A stretch of DNA of 64,000 bases from the NCBI GenBank assembly GCA_964016885.1, contig OZ024743.1:160642001-160706000 (forward strand), written 5' to 3'. Source of the DNA: Eledone cirrhosa. Taxonomy: Eukaryota. This document shows, piece by piece, positions 35,718-52,704 of this stretch (position 1 is the stretch's first letter; every line of letters starts with the position of its first letter). A program made the translations under genes and the position numbers. The notes beneath the pieces were generated by a model. The model did no database searches. It saw only the letters and a list, made by a program, of their open reading frames with translations, and was not told where the DNA came from.

Positions 35718-38700
35718 ATGACCTCCCTCAGAATAGGCAGCATAAGTGCGCGTGGCTTGGGGTCGTCATGGAGGCAGGGACACCTGCTCAACGACCACAG
35801 GTCACTAAACATAGATGTAGTGGCACGGGCCTTCGCAACGATTTCGGCGGCTACGATGTGTACGCATCTCCCAGCCGTCCTGGAGTTGCTGTGCTTTGTC
35901 GGAGAGGTTTGAATCTCGCCATACGTGCCATCTTCCTGGACCCAGAGGGTAAGTTGGTGGTGCTGGACGTGACCAGCGGAGACGGGCAAGCTTTCAGTGG
36001 CCGCCAGGAGCAGGGCGGCCTGATTTCTTCCGGCGTCAGGAGACCTTTCTTGGAACGTCCCGCTTTTTAGTGTTAGTGGTCGACTGGAACGAGATCTTAG
36101 ATGCACGCTGGGACTGTGTGGGATTAGCGGATAGGGGAGGAGGGTGCAAGAGCCTCACCAACCTGCTCAGGCGTTTTGAACTGTCTGACAGGTACCGATT
36201 GGATTTCCCGAATGTGCCAATGTGGACTTGGACAAATCGCATAGGGTCATACAGATCATATCTAGATAGAGTATTTTGTAGGGAAATAGTTAGGTCTAGC
36301 ATAGGCTGTCCACAATTCAAGATAGTCAGCTACACGGACCACAAATTCGTGATCTGTGTGCTTGACTTAGATAGGCTTCATAGACAAGGACCCGGCTACT
36401 GGAATTTACCAGCGCGCAAGGCCTACAGAGACCGGATTACCGAACTAGTTAAGCGGGCGTTGACCAGGGCCATCGTTAACAACAAGTGGTGGTTTGCTCT
36501 AAAAAGAGCGATTAGAATAGATTCCATTAGGTTTAGTAAGGCTTTAGCAATACAAAAAAATAGAGCAGAGAGAGAACTAGTTAGAAAATTAGACGAGGCG
36601 CTTAGCAAAGGCATTGAGACCGACGTACTTGCGGCGAAATTGGCCCTTGACCAATTCTTCAATGCAAAGCACGAAGGCTGCGTTGTCTGAGCTAGGGTGC
36701 GTGCTCTCAAACACGAGGGGACAAAGGCCGTTAAATGGGCCCGAGTGGCGGAGGCGCGTCGTGGCAACAAAGCCACGATCCGGTCTTTGATGGACCACGA
36801 TGGGCGCATGCTGCTCGATCCCGGGCAAATGTGTGAAGCTTTTCAGCGACACTTCGCACAGCTGTTCTGGGCAGCGGCGGGCCGGATCGAGGAATGGACT
36901 TTAGTGTCTACCTCGACGGACTGCCGCGGCTCTCGGCCACTGAGGCGGAGTGTTGCTAAAAGCCGATAACAGCCGTTGAAGAATGGGAGGCAATGACTGG
37001 CTGCACAAGGGGTAAATCGCATTGTTTGGATGGTCTGCCCTATGAACTTTACGTACAGATGCCATACTTGTTCGGAGGCCTCTTGGTAGACGTCTACTGC
37101 AAGCGGTGGCACTGCTGAGAAAGGATCCGAACAAGGGGGATAACATAGATAATTTCCGGCCCATAACTCTGCTAAACACAGAGTTCAAGATTTTGGCCTA
37201 GGTGCTAGCAAATAGGTTGGCGCTTGTCGTTGGTGGTCTGGTGGGAGAGGCGCAGACATGCGTCATTCCCAACAGATTCATCCACGACAACCTCTACCTC
37301 ATGCGATACATCGTAGATAGGGTAGCTAGGTAACCTGGCACTGGTGGGTCCTTGATCAATTTAGATCAATCGAAAGCTTTCGATAGGGTCGACCATCGTT
37401 AGCTAGCGGCAGTCCTGAGGGCGGCTGGCTTTGGGTCCGTCTTCAGAGGCTGGATCGCTGCCATGCACGGCGACATCTGCTCTGTGGTGAGAGTGAACGG
37501 TCACCTTTCGGAACCGTTCAACATCATGCGCTCGGACCGCCAAGGATGTCCCCTCTCATCCCTCTTGTACGTATTGACTCTCGAGCCATTACTGCACAAA
37601 CTGGAGACGTTGAGGGGCGTCCCGCGCAAACTAAGATGCGGAAGATCCGTGTCAGCATATGCGGACGATGTCACCGTAGTGGTGTCGAACGCCAAACACA
37701 TCGAGGCGATCGGCACTACACTAAGAGAATACGAAGCGGTGACAGGAGCAATGATCAACCAGGAAAAGTTAGTGGGCCTGCAGCTCGGCACCTGGACAGG
37801 CAGGTCCATGCCGTCCAGCAGCGTCGTCAGGCGCTGGACGGACGGACCGGTTAAATTGCTAGGGGTCTGGTTCGGTCCGGACCTCCAGACGGACAAAAAC
37901 TGGGACGAGGTGACGAGCAGGTTGGCTTCTCTCACCCAGAAATGGGCGGAGAGGAAGCTATCCCTGAAAGGTCGAGCGGAGGTGGCTAACGCGTACATCG
38001 CGTCCGTCCTCTACTACCGCCTGACGGTCGTACCTTCTCCTAAGCCCCGCCTGACTGCGCTGGAGCGTTTGCTCTTTCGCTTTTTGTGGAAGGGGCGCGC
38101 TCCGATGGACAGGCGGTCTATCTGCTGTCAACACCCGCTACGTGGAGGGCTGGGAATGCAGTGGCTGATAATGCGCAGACACGCGCTCAGACACGACATC
38201 TCCACCTTTTCCTCGACGCTGATCAGGTGTGGTCGCCGTTTGCTAGACGCATCTTTCCCCGGCTCGTCTCCTTGACGGAGCTGCAGTCCTGGGTCAAGCG
38301 AAGACCGAGAGGGAGCGCTTGGAGACTGGAATGTCTTCAGGCGCTCACAGCCCTCGACCAATCGGGCAATGTGATCGCTGGAAACTCCACCTTGGCGTTC
38401 TATAGAGTATTAGTGGATGGGATGAGCGACGACCTACTTGGGGAAACTCTAGGCGTCGACGAAAATCAACTAGCCAATCTCTTAGGAAGAACTTTCGGGC
38501 CGGGGCCTATGGACAACTTCCAGAAATCCCTGGCCTGGCAGTGCTACCGAGGAGCTTTGCCAGTTCGGGATAAACTCTACAGGCATGGAGGTGCCGTCAG
38601 CCGGGCATGTCCGAGATGCGCGCTGGGCGACGAAACCGTCCTGCACGCACTCGTCCAGTGTCCGAGCATTGCTGACTTGTGGGTTTATGTCGAACACCTG

Positions 38701-39024
38701 CTGTCGCGTGGAGGACGGATCCAGCTATCAGCTGAGTCCATCGTGAGGATTGCTCCGCCATCTTCCTTTAGCAGGGAAGGGCAGGCAGTTTTTATCTGTC
38801 TGGTGGCCATGGCGAAAGAGATAGTATGGTGGACACGTTTGAAAGGGCTGAAGACGAGCACTTACCTCTTCGGTGATGCCCTGATTATCTTTTTCAAATT
38901 TCATTTAAAAAGGAAAATTAGGGTAGAAAGGGAAGTGCTCTCTTCCCAGCATCTTGTTGAAAGATGGGTGAGAGAGGCAAGAATGGCCCGAGTGAATGGG
39001 CCTACTCTGAGTATGTGTCTGTAA
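35718..39024 (+). pseudogene. Tx1 ORF2 (APE endonuclease, RT, zinc finger), frameshifted
   Basis: ORF pieces 35718-35912, 36070-36690, 37463-38275, 38086-39024. Confidence 0.85.
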
Positions 39025-39295
39025 ATTAAAGCTAGAAAACTGGGAGAGGACACTTGCCCTGGTGGTCCGGGTCACTGTGGCTTTTTAATGGGCTTTCTCC
39101 ACGAATGTCTCTCGGAAGTCTCCCCCCTATTGTGGAATTCTTTTCATTGTTCTATTATTACATCCTCTGTTTCTTGTTTTTTATACGCAGAAATGCCCAT
39201 TTCTACCGCCCTGTATTGTCCTTAATGTCCTTAATGTCTACTTTATTTAGACCCTTGTGGTTAATAAAGAAAGCATTATTATTATTATTATTATA

Positions 39296-39334
<39 letters not shown>

Positions 39335-39336
<2 letters not shown>

Positions 39337-39963
39337 GAGATTGTGTGGTGGACAAGGTTAAAAGGATTAAAGACAAACACTTTCCTCTTCGGCGAATCCC
39401 TGATTAACTTATTCAAGTTTCACTTGAAGAGGAAAATCAGGGTGGAGAGGCAAGTGCTGCTTTCTAGCAAGTTTGTTGAAAGGTGGGTGAATATAGCGAG
39501 AATGGTCCGAGTGAACGGGACCACTCTGAATATACGTCTGTAGTTTGAGAGATGGAAAAACTGAGAGAGGGCGATTGCACTGGTGGTCAGTGTGGCCGTG
39601 GTCTTTTGTGTGGTTTTCGCCACGAGTAACCCTCGGAGGTTTACCCCCTATTGGGAATTTTTCATTGTTTCAATTTTCATTTTATTGTTTATATATATAT
39701 ATGTTTTATGTCTTTTTTCTTTTCATATATAAATACTAAAAATATTTACACGCACAAAACCCACATCGTACCGTCCTGTACCGTCCTGTTCCGTCTGTGA
39801 TGTTTTTCTTGATGTCAGCCCTTGTGGCCAATAAAGAAATCATTATTATTATTATTATTATAGCGGTGGATTGGCAGTTTCGGTAGAGAGTCACTGTGGC
39901 CTTTTAATGGGCTTTCTCCACAAATGTCCCTCGGAAGTCTCCCCCCCCCCCCCTATTGGGGAA

Positions 39964-39970
<7 letters not shown>
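39335..39970 (+). mobile_element. Tandem Tx1 3' fragments separated by (ATT)n
   Basis: WWTRLKGLK..ERWV plus 3' UTR; a SINE-head/Tx1-UTR chimera at ~39862-39970. Confidence 0.75.
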
Positions 39971-39996
<26 letters not shown>

Positions 39997-39997
<1 letters not shown>

Positions 39998-42900
39998 AGT
40001 TGCATTTATCTTGCTTTATGTTCATACGAGTTATCACCAAGTCACAACCAGTGACCTCAAGAGACAACAAGGTCCGCCATGTTCAAGAAAGAACATACAT
40101 ATTCACACATGCATCTTTAGTGTTTAGACTTGTGATGTACTTATATTGACAGAATCTTCCTTAGTATATGGGCAGTTCCCATTAGTACTATCTTTTGTAT
40201 TTCTCCTATACGCGGGTTTCCTGGGATTTGCGATATGTAATCATTAGACCCCTTAGGTATCATTCCCAGAGCGCCTACAACCACTGGTATTGTTTTAGTT
40301 CTCAGTTTCCACATTTTTCCAATTTCTATCTCCAGGTCCTTATACTTGCTCAATTTTTCAAATGTTTTTATAGATACATTCTTGTCTATTGGAACAGACA
40401 TATCAATTAGCAGGCATACCCTCTTTTGAAAGTCTTTCAATATTATATCAGGTCTGTTTGCATCTATTTTTCGGTCTGTTTGGATGCTAAAGTTCCACAA
40501 GATTGAGATGTGATCTTTTTCAAGTATGGGAGGTGTTTGATGCTCCCACCAATTCTTTTGATGGGGCAGGTCAAAATGCTTACACATTATCCAATGTATG
40601 TATTGTGCAGCTCTGTCATGCCTGTTTAGGTATTCGGTTGGAGCTATAGGACTGCACATTGAAATTATATGGTCAATGGTCTCTGGTTGTTTTTTGCATA
40701 CTCGGCATAATGGGCTGCATTATATGGGCTGCTTACATAATGGGCTGCTTTTTATTATGTTGGCTTGGTAATTTTTTGTTGGCAGACACTGATCTTGTGC
40801 CGATATAATCAGTCCTTCAGTCTCCGATTTCAGTCCAGAGGATGCCAACCACTGATGGGTTAAAGTTTTGTCAACATCAGGATTGTTAGCTCGCTCTGGG
40901 TATTTTCCATACAGAGGCTTCTCTTGCCATTTCTTAGCCAGTTTCTGTAGCAGTTCTTTCTTTGCAGTTACTTTTACCTGCTTTGCTTTTTCTGTGTTTT
41001 CCATTTCAGCAGTAAATGGGACTTCTGAAATTTGTAGTCCATTACTGTATCTTTGTGCATCTTTTGTAATGGAATATGATCTTTTGATGCTTTCGTGTTT
41101 CAAAACGAGTTTGATCATCCAATCATGTGATTCCCTTAGATATGTAGATAATCCAATTGTTGCAGTTTTCAACGCAATGTCTAACTGGATTAACCCACGT
41201 CCTCCTTCTTTCCTAGGGAGATATATTCTATCTATATCTGCTTTAGGGTGATGCATTCTGTGCATGGTTAAGAATTTTCGAATTTTTGTATCGAGCCTAC
41301 GGATCTCTGTGCTTGACCAGTTGATGACATTGTAACTGTAGGTTACTACTGGTATGGCAAGCGTGTTTATGGCATCGATGCTATTCCTTGCATTCAATTC
41401 CGTTCTTAAGATTGCTCTCACTCTGTGGTAACATTCCTTCCTTATCCTTTCCCTCATTGTCGAGTGCTTGATTCCGTCTCCTTCGCACACACCTAGATAT
41501 TTGTAAGTTTTTTCTTGATCAAGTTCTCTTATCACGTTCCCCCGATCAAGATTAATGTCTGAACTCTTCAGCAGCTTTCCTCTGGTGAACGTTGCTTTGG
41601 CGCATTTATCTAGTCCAAACTTAATGTCATCACTGAACTGCTTCACAGTGGATAATAGCCCTTGCAATTGTTCATCATTTTTTTGCAAATAGTTTCAGGT
41701 CATCCATGTAGAACAGGTGATTAACGGTTTTGTCATAGACTTTATATCCATGTTTTGTTTTATTGAGCATTTTACTTAATGGTATAAGTGCGATGCAGAA
41801 TAAAAGCGGTGATAATGAGTCACCCTGAAAAATTCTACAATTAATATTAACTTCTCCAGCTTCCAGTGATTTTGTTTCACTATTCAAAAGGAGTGTCGTT
41901 TTCCATGTCTTCATACTGAATCACAAAAACCTCCTGACAACGGGGGATACTTTGAAAATCTCTAAACATTTTTCAATCCAACTGTGTGGCAAACTATCAA
42001 ATGCTTTTTTATAATCTATCCAAGCAATCGATAGATTTTTGTGTCTATTATGACAATCTTCCAGTATCATTTTGTTAACCAGAAGCTGATCCTTACAGCC
42101 ATATGAGCCTCATTTACACCCTTTCTGCTCAATGGGAAATAGGTCATTTGTTATCAGGTGGTCATATGTGTATTCAGTTAGGACTGATGTTAACATTTTA
42201 TACATTGTGGTCAAGCAAGTTATCGGTCTGTAATTTTTGGGATTGTTTGTCTCATCATTCTTCGGAAGCAGGAATGTAATGCCGTCAACTAGCCATGAAG
42301 GTATCTTTTCTGGCTCCTTAACTATTTCATTGTAAAGTTGGGCTAACAGCTCATGAGACTCTGTGAAGGCATTTATCCAAAAGTTTTGTATTTTGTCTTT
42401 TCCTGGGGATTTCCATTTGCTGGTTTTTCTTAGAGCCAAGCGCAACTGTTCAACTGTTATATTTTCCCATGTTTGTTCCTCAAGGTGAGCTGTATCTTTC
42501 ATTTGTCTGTCTATCCATGGGGCATGTATGTTATGAACTTTTTCTTCGGCCCAGATCTTTTCCCAGAATTCTTGCACTTCCTCCTTGGGTGGTATTGATT
42601 TAGCAGTTATTGTTGACTTACCAATTTTTCTGTAGAAGTTTCTTTGGTTGTTTTTGAACATATTATTGTCCTTATAGAATCTAGATCGTTTTTCAAAGCG
42701 CCTTATACGAGCAGCTTTGGCCGACACTTTTTGCTTGATTATTTCTATCAGCATGTCTATGTCACATGTTGATTTTATACTGTACTTTTTTTCAATTTTT
42801 TAAGTTTAGTTTGTTTAACATGTTCACCTACTTTATAGTTTGTTAAAATTTCTATGTCAGATCGGAGAAGGTTTATTTGGCGATTGATGTTCTCTTGCCA

Positions 42901-43288
42901 AGTAGATTTCTTGTGGGAATTCCTTTGTTTCTTCATCTTCACTCCACATAAATGAGTGGTGACTTTAGCCGATGCATAATAGAGATGATTTAAATCAGTA
43001 ATGTTTAGTTTGTTTGTGATGATAATGTTTTTGAGAATTATGTTAGTCTTGTGTATTATCTTTTGGTTCTGTTTGGAGTTCTGGATCTTAGGGAGGGTGT
43101 CTCATTGCCCCATGTCAGATTCTTTCATTTTCATCCATTCGATCATAATTTCATCCTTCAAGTTGGCAAGTTCATTCTCATTCATTTCTTTATCATTTAC
43201 AATCTCATTATTTTCATTTGGAGTTTCATCCTGAGCATGCACTCCCTCCACTTTTTCAATACTTTCTTTAATTTGTTCTGTTGCCAGT
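39997..43288 (-). mobile_element. R4/Dong-like LINE (RT + RLE), 5'-truncated, between (TAA)n runs
   Basis: NYRPITCL, FQGDSLSPLLF, YMDDLKL, ANRPDII..IDMSVP. Confidence 0.9.
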
Positions 43289-43289
43289 G

Positions 43290-43349
<60 letters not shown>

Positions 43350-43384
43350 TTATTTTATTTTATGTATTTATTTATTCATTTTTT

Positions 43385-43517
43385 ATTTATTTGAGTGTCA
43401 GTCATTAATGTTATTTAACTGGAAAGTTTGTTGAAATGAATATCAAGGCGCTACCTGCAGCCTCAGATATTCAGGACGTATTGGAGGATTCTTGCTTTTC
43501 CTAGCAAGCATGCCTTT
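43385..43517 (-). mobile_element. Dong 3' end (same family as 31.7 kb)
   Basis: Matches 31713-31840. Confidence 0.75.
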
Positions 43518-43539
43518 ATGCAGACCACTATGCTACCAC

Positions 43540-43600
43540 TGTTGGTGTAATGGTAGCACAGTGGTCTGGATAACCAAAGATGTGGATTCGACTCCCATGT
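43540..43600 (+). other. tRNA-like pol III head (pseudo-tRNA or SINE head) with upstream fold-back
   Basis: A box TGGTGTAATGG and B box GGATTCGACTCCC; 43521-43538 is complementary to 43550-43567. Confidence 0.45.
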
Positions 43601-43743
43601 ACGATAATACTAATCTTTTTCCATTTCTCTGAGGGTTCTAAACCCCACTATCAGGCTAAAAATTTCTTTAGTAAAAAAAAAAAAAAAATAGAGAGAGAGA
43701 GAGGGAGATATATATATATTGAGTTAGCATGTAAACATGTATA

Positions 43744-43784
<41 letters not shown>

Positions 43785-43786
<2 letters not shown>

Positions 43787-43839
43787 GTAAGTATGTATGT
43801 ATACGTACATACATATATGTATACAGACGTACAGTAGCA

Positions 43840-43885
<46 letters not shown>

Positions 43886-44051
43886 TACACATATGCATAC
43901 AGGTACACATATATATATGCACGCATCAGTTTAGCCGACGTTTATTATAACGCAGCTTTGTTCGCTTGTTTGTCAACAAAGCTGCGTTATAATAAACGTC
44001 GGCTAAACTGATGCGTGCATATATGTATGTGTACCTGTATGCATATGTGTA

Positions 44052-44105
<54 letters not shown>

Positions 44106-44543
44106 TGCTACTGTACGTCTGTATACATATATGTATGTACGTATACATACATACTTACATTTAAGTAAGTGCCATACTAACAGTGAGAAATGAAATTTCG
44201 TTTTCATTTTTTTTCAACTTGTCGTTTTCGGTATGCCTGACCGATTTAACTCACTCAATATGCAAATTAGGCTGCTCAGCCGTTAATTTTCATAAGGAAA
44301 GTATATACTTTCGAACATTCAACTATCTGGCAGATGGGTAAACGGTGCTGATGATAGCTAACAAGCTTGAAACTAGTACATCGTTCCTGTGTCAGTGTTG
44401 AACAAAAAGGTGACGTGGTTGCCTTAACACCGTATGGCATAAATTCAGGCTGTTCGCTTTGTTGACAAACAAGCGAACAAAGCTGCGTTATAATAAACGT
44501 CGGCTAAACTGATGCGTGCATATATGTATGTGTACCTGTATTC

Positions 44544-44598
<55 letters not shown>

Positions 44599-44712
44599 TG
44601 CTACTGTACGTCTGTATACATATATGTATGTACGTATACATACATACTTACATTTAAGTAAGTGCCATACTAAGAGTGAGAAATGAAATTTCGTTTTCAT
44701 TTTTTTTCAACT
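43785..44712 (+). mobile_element. Non-coding HHR element: ~501-bp unit as a 1.5-mer direct repeat plus inverted 5' segment (retrozyme or non-autonomous PLE)
   Basis: 43975-44220 is repeated at 44476-44712; 43785-43982 is inverted; HHR inside; (TA)n at both ends. Confidence 0.8.
44341..44385 (+). ncRNA. Type-I hammerhead ribozyme
   Basis: AACGGTG-CTGATGA-T-AGCT-AACA-AGCT-T-GAAA-CTAG-TA|CATCGTT; predicted cut after GUA at 44378. Confidence 0.88.
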
Positions 44713-44724
44713 TATATATATATG

Positions 44725-47730
<3,006 letters not shown>

Positions 47731-48336
47731 TATATATATATATAAATATACAAGGGTGTGTATGATTGTGTAGAGAAGAATATATTAATAAAAGGAATTC
47801 CAACTTTGTCTGATTTACTCGTTTTATATACAATCCTTTAAAATTATAATGATATTATAATGAAATAGTATGGTAGAATATTAAATGTTAAGTGTTAATT
47901 GAACAAGTACTTTCATGCTTTCGCAATCTTTCGCAATCTATATATATACATGTTTACATGCTAACTCAAGAGCAAGAACGAGGGGCTCATTCTACTGATA
48001 TGGCTTAGAAGTTTACATATATATATATAACAGATTAAAGTTTAAGCAAAGAATCGCTACTTTCACCCTTAATGGGATCTTCTGAACCTAAAAAAATCAA
48101 TCTGTGAACGCAGAAAATTTTGCCAGCGAAGGAAGACAGGAAGACGATACTTTGGTTCGTGGAAACGTTCCCTGACAAAGAGCGAAAAAAAAACGAAGAT
48201 AATACGTTATTATTTGGAGGGTGAAAACAATTACACGCAAAGACAAAACCACGTTAATGGTATAAATGAAGTCGTAGACTAATATTCTATTCGGTGGTTT
48301 GTGGAGACGTTCCCAGTCAATGAACGGAAAGAAAGT

Positions 48337-48562
48337 ACATATTTGTGAAGGTTATTTTTCACCATCTGAACACGGTCCTCTATGCTGATAAGACCTCTTC
48401 CACCTTCAGATCTCTTTAAGTAGAGTCTATCAACATCACTGCTCTTGTGGAACATTTTGTAGATAGTCTTTAGCTTCCTAGTCTTCATATCCATTTCTTT
48501 TTGTTCAGCAACATTCCATTTCAGAATTCCCGCACTGTACCTAATAATAGACACAGTTCGGG
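48337..48562 (-). mobile_element. Dong internal fragment
   Basis: Homologous to 32635-32845. Confidence 0.75.
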
Positions 48563-49442
48563 ATATGTTTTATGTGTATTTGGTCTATACGTTCGTAGCG
48601 AATGGTCTTCAAAATATTTTTAATTAAACATACAGTATATTATCAAATATACTATACATACATTCATATATACATCGCTATTTCAGAGCACCAATACTAA
48701 TACCTAATTTTTGCTGGACCTGCAACCGTTCTGATTAATCATCTCTTAAATATTACTGGAATTTTATAAGAATCCAACTTCTATAATTCTCGGCTGAAGC
48801 AGAGGAGTGAGTGGTCTTAATAACCGCTAACGAGCGAGAAACAGGACTGTCGATTACTCCCTTTGTTTTTGCGGAAAATAAATATATATATATATATAAT
48901 CATATATATATATATAATTTTTGTTTTCAAGCTAACGGAAGAGAATCCGTGCAGCATCGTTAGTTCCTTACTCACTCAATGTGATTTCATACGAATGAAA
49001 TAGTTCTAGTCCTGTAGAATTCCTTTATATATATATATTAGCAATACCACTAACAGTATGATTCACAAAAAATCTATAAGATCTTATATATAATATGATT
49101 GCGTATACTAAACATACATTTATTCCCGCGGTGAATATCTGAAGCTGCAGTCACGTCATACCTACCTCAGCATCAGGATAAGTTTGGTGAATACATATAG
49201 CTCAAAGTTTCTGTTCGTTAGCACTCGCTTATCTACATCCAGATGTCGATATATGAAAAATAATATCGTATTATGCATTTTGAAAACTATATTTCCATAT
49301 AGTGCTCTCTTAACCGATATTATAACACATCAATCAAAGTTGCCGGCTGATTTCATACTAGATTCAAATTGAGATAATACACATCACGTCTGGTCGGTAT
49401 CTCACCAGACTTTACAAATAGCTGATCGAAAGATAGAGAAAA

Positions 49443-49649
<207 letters not shown>

Positions 49650-50291
49650 TGTGTATGAGTATGCCTATATGTATGTGTGTGTATGTAATGGGCCAAGATA
49701 ACATCACTATATTAAATTCATCCTCCTTGATTATGAGTTCAAATTCCTTTAAGTTCACCAGAATAGCCTAATCCAGTGAAATCAATTATACCTGAATTTA
49801 TACATAAAGTAAACTTGAGAATTGTGACAAAAATCAAAACAATCTAATAAATGTGTGAATAGACAATGGAAGCATCTTTGTTGTCGCTTGATCTATCATT
49901 AATAATTGTTTCTACTTTAGACACAAGGCCAGCAATTACCCAGTGCATTAACCAGATCTTCTTCAAATCAAAGCTTGCCGGCTTTGAAATATGGAGACAT
50001 GTATAATGTAATCATATATACTGCTACAAGAATACCACAGTAGTACTACAGCCCTAATACAAAACTACAGCCTCTAAAACTGCAACTAATTTTTTACCAT
50101 CTCTCTTCAGTCAACCACCAACACCACCCATCAAATATCGAAGCTACACCAGTACAAACTCTACTACTAGTACTACTACTACTACTACTACTTGAAGATT
50201 GAAGATAGCTGAGAGATGTTAGTTGTTGTACAAATTATAGTAATTATGTAGCAGCTGTGCCTCCACAATACCTACACCAGTGATAACTACA

Positions 50292-51705
50292 GCGTAGGTG
50301 GATTGACAGTATCGGTAGAGCGTCAGACACCATGCTTTGCAGCATAAAGTTATGACGCTTTCCGTTCTGAGTTCAAATCCCACACCTGTACTACAGTAAC
50401 TATATTAATAATTGTTTCTACTTTTGGCACAAGGCCAGCAAATACCTAGTACATTACTGGTACTTTATTTTATCGACCCCGTAAGGATGAAAGGCAAAGT
50501 TAACCTTGGTGGGATTTGAACTCAGACCATAAAGGGCCGTAACTCTTTGCTGCAAAGCATGGCGTCCGACTCTCTACTGATACTGCCAATCCACCACTTA
50601 ACTATATTAATAATTGTTTCTACTTTTGGCACAAGGCCAGCAAATAACCCAGTACATTACTGGTACTTTATTTTATCGAACCCGTAAGGATGAAAGGCAA
50701 AGTTAACCTTGTCGGGATTTGAACTCACAATGGAAAGGGCTATAACTCTATGCGTTAAAACATGGCGTCCGACCCTCTACTGATACTGCCAATCCAACTA
50801 TATTAATAATATTGCCACATCAACCTCAATAGCAATATTGCCGTAGTCTCATGATAATAATTCTACCACAGCAACCATGACAGTTATACTACAAGAACAG
50901 CAATAATAATAATAATTGTTTCTACTTTTCGCACAAAGCCTGCAATTATCACAGTGCATTACTGGTACTAAAGTTAACCTCGGCGGGATCAACTTTGCCT
51001 TTCATCCTTACGGTGTCGATAAAATAAAGTACCAGTAATGCACTGGTATCATTTAGGCCTTGTGCCAAAAGTAGAAACAATTATTATTATTATTATTGTT
51101 TGTTGTGAGAGGGTGGATTGGCAGTATCGGTAGAGGGTTGGACGCCATGCTTTGCAGCATAGAGTTACGGTCCTTTACGGCCTGAGTTCAAATCCCGCCG
51201 TGATTAACTGTGCCTTTCATCCTTGCGGGGTCGATAAAATAAAGTACCAGTAACGTACTGCGGTCGACTTAATCGACTTTCCCCTCCCCCCAAATTACTG
51301 GCATTGAGCCTAAAGTAGAAACAATTATTATTGTTGTTGCCTTTGTAGTATAACTGTCATGATCACTGCGGTAGCATTGGTATTGAGGTTGATGTGGCGA
51401 ATTGGCAGTATCGGTAGAGGGTTGGACGCCATGCTTTGCAGCAAAGAGTTACGGCCCTTTATCGTCTGAGTTCATATCCCACCGAGGTTAACTTTGCCTT
51501 TCATCCTTACGGGGTCCATAAAATAAAGTACCAGTAATACACTGGGATAATTGCTGGCCTTGTGCCAAAAGTAGAAACAATTATTAATATATTTACTGTC
51601 GTAGTACAGGTGTTAGATTTGGTGTGGTAGTACTTTTGCTATAGTTATTATAATTGTTTCTACGTTTGGCACAAGGCCAGCAAATTAACCAGTGCATTAC
51701 TGGTA
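50292..51705. mobile_element. SINE cluster in both orientations within an inverted duplication
   Basis: Minus copies ~50405-50795 and plus copies ~50990-51585; non-SINE spacers are also mirrored. Confidence 0.85.
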
Positions 51706-52563
51706 CAATGATAATACAACAGTAGTAAAACCATAGTAACTATAATAATTGTACTATCACAGAATTTCAACATTAATGCTGCCACAATAACTACAGCAGT
51801 GACTACAACAGTTATACTACCACAGTAATAATTATAGTTATACTAACCCTGTTATTGCTATAGTAATTATACCACAGTAACCACAGCTGTAATACTACCA
51901 TAGTATATACTATTGCAATCTCTTTATAACTACTACAGTAAAAGAGCAACAGTTATACTGCCTCAATACCTACAAGATCGGTACTACAGCAGCGCTGACA
52001 ATGTGACAATACATGTAGTAGTAGTAGCAGTAGCAGTAGCAGCAGCAGTAGTAGTAGTGTCTCATGAAGCAGAGGCTGTTGTATATAAAACTAGTTGCTG
52101 TGTAATAGAGGCGGATGTAGGAGTTCGTCACATGACTGCTGCTATATCAGCATTACTCATAATCTACCACATTGTGTCGACTGTCACCAAGAATGTCACC
52201 TTCACTTCCCCCCCCCCCTACTCATCCTCATCCTCATCCTCTCTCCTCCATAATCATCTCGTTATCCTCTCACACAACTCACCTCCAAAGTATCTACCTT
52301 TTTTTATCCCTCTCCTTCCCAATACAGCTACTCTCTTTACCATACCTTCTCTTTCTCCCCAAACACCCCCTCCCCGTCCTTCTCTGTCATTCCTTTCGAA
52401 TCTAATTTTCACTCACCCTTTCTCTCCACAACTCCCTCTACCTCAACATCGTTCTTTCTCTCTCTCTCCCTACCCCCTCTCTCCATACTTATTACCACAC
52501 TCAAACATAAACGCGCACGCACGTACACATGTATGCACAAACTTTCTCTTTCTTCGTATGTTC

Positions 52564-52631
<68 letters not shown>

Positions 52632-52669
52632 GACTCTCTCCCTCTCTCTCCCTCTATCCCTCTCCCACT

Positions 52670-52704
<35 letters not shown>

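Larger units (their letters stand above)
33430..39274 (+). mobile_element. Near full-length Tx1/L1-clade LINE (ORF1 with CCHC knuckle; ORF2 APE-RT-zinc finger), mutated
   Basis: CVVCGEVTHLRAFC, FRPITLLN, RQGCPLS, AYADD, CPRCALGDETVLHALVQC; AATAAA near the end; (ATT)n on both sides. Confidence 0.9.

Noticed and set aside
43540-43600. Functional tRNA gene
   Set aside because: No acceptor stem and irregular anticodon arm.
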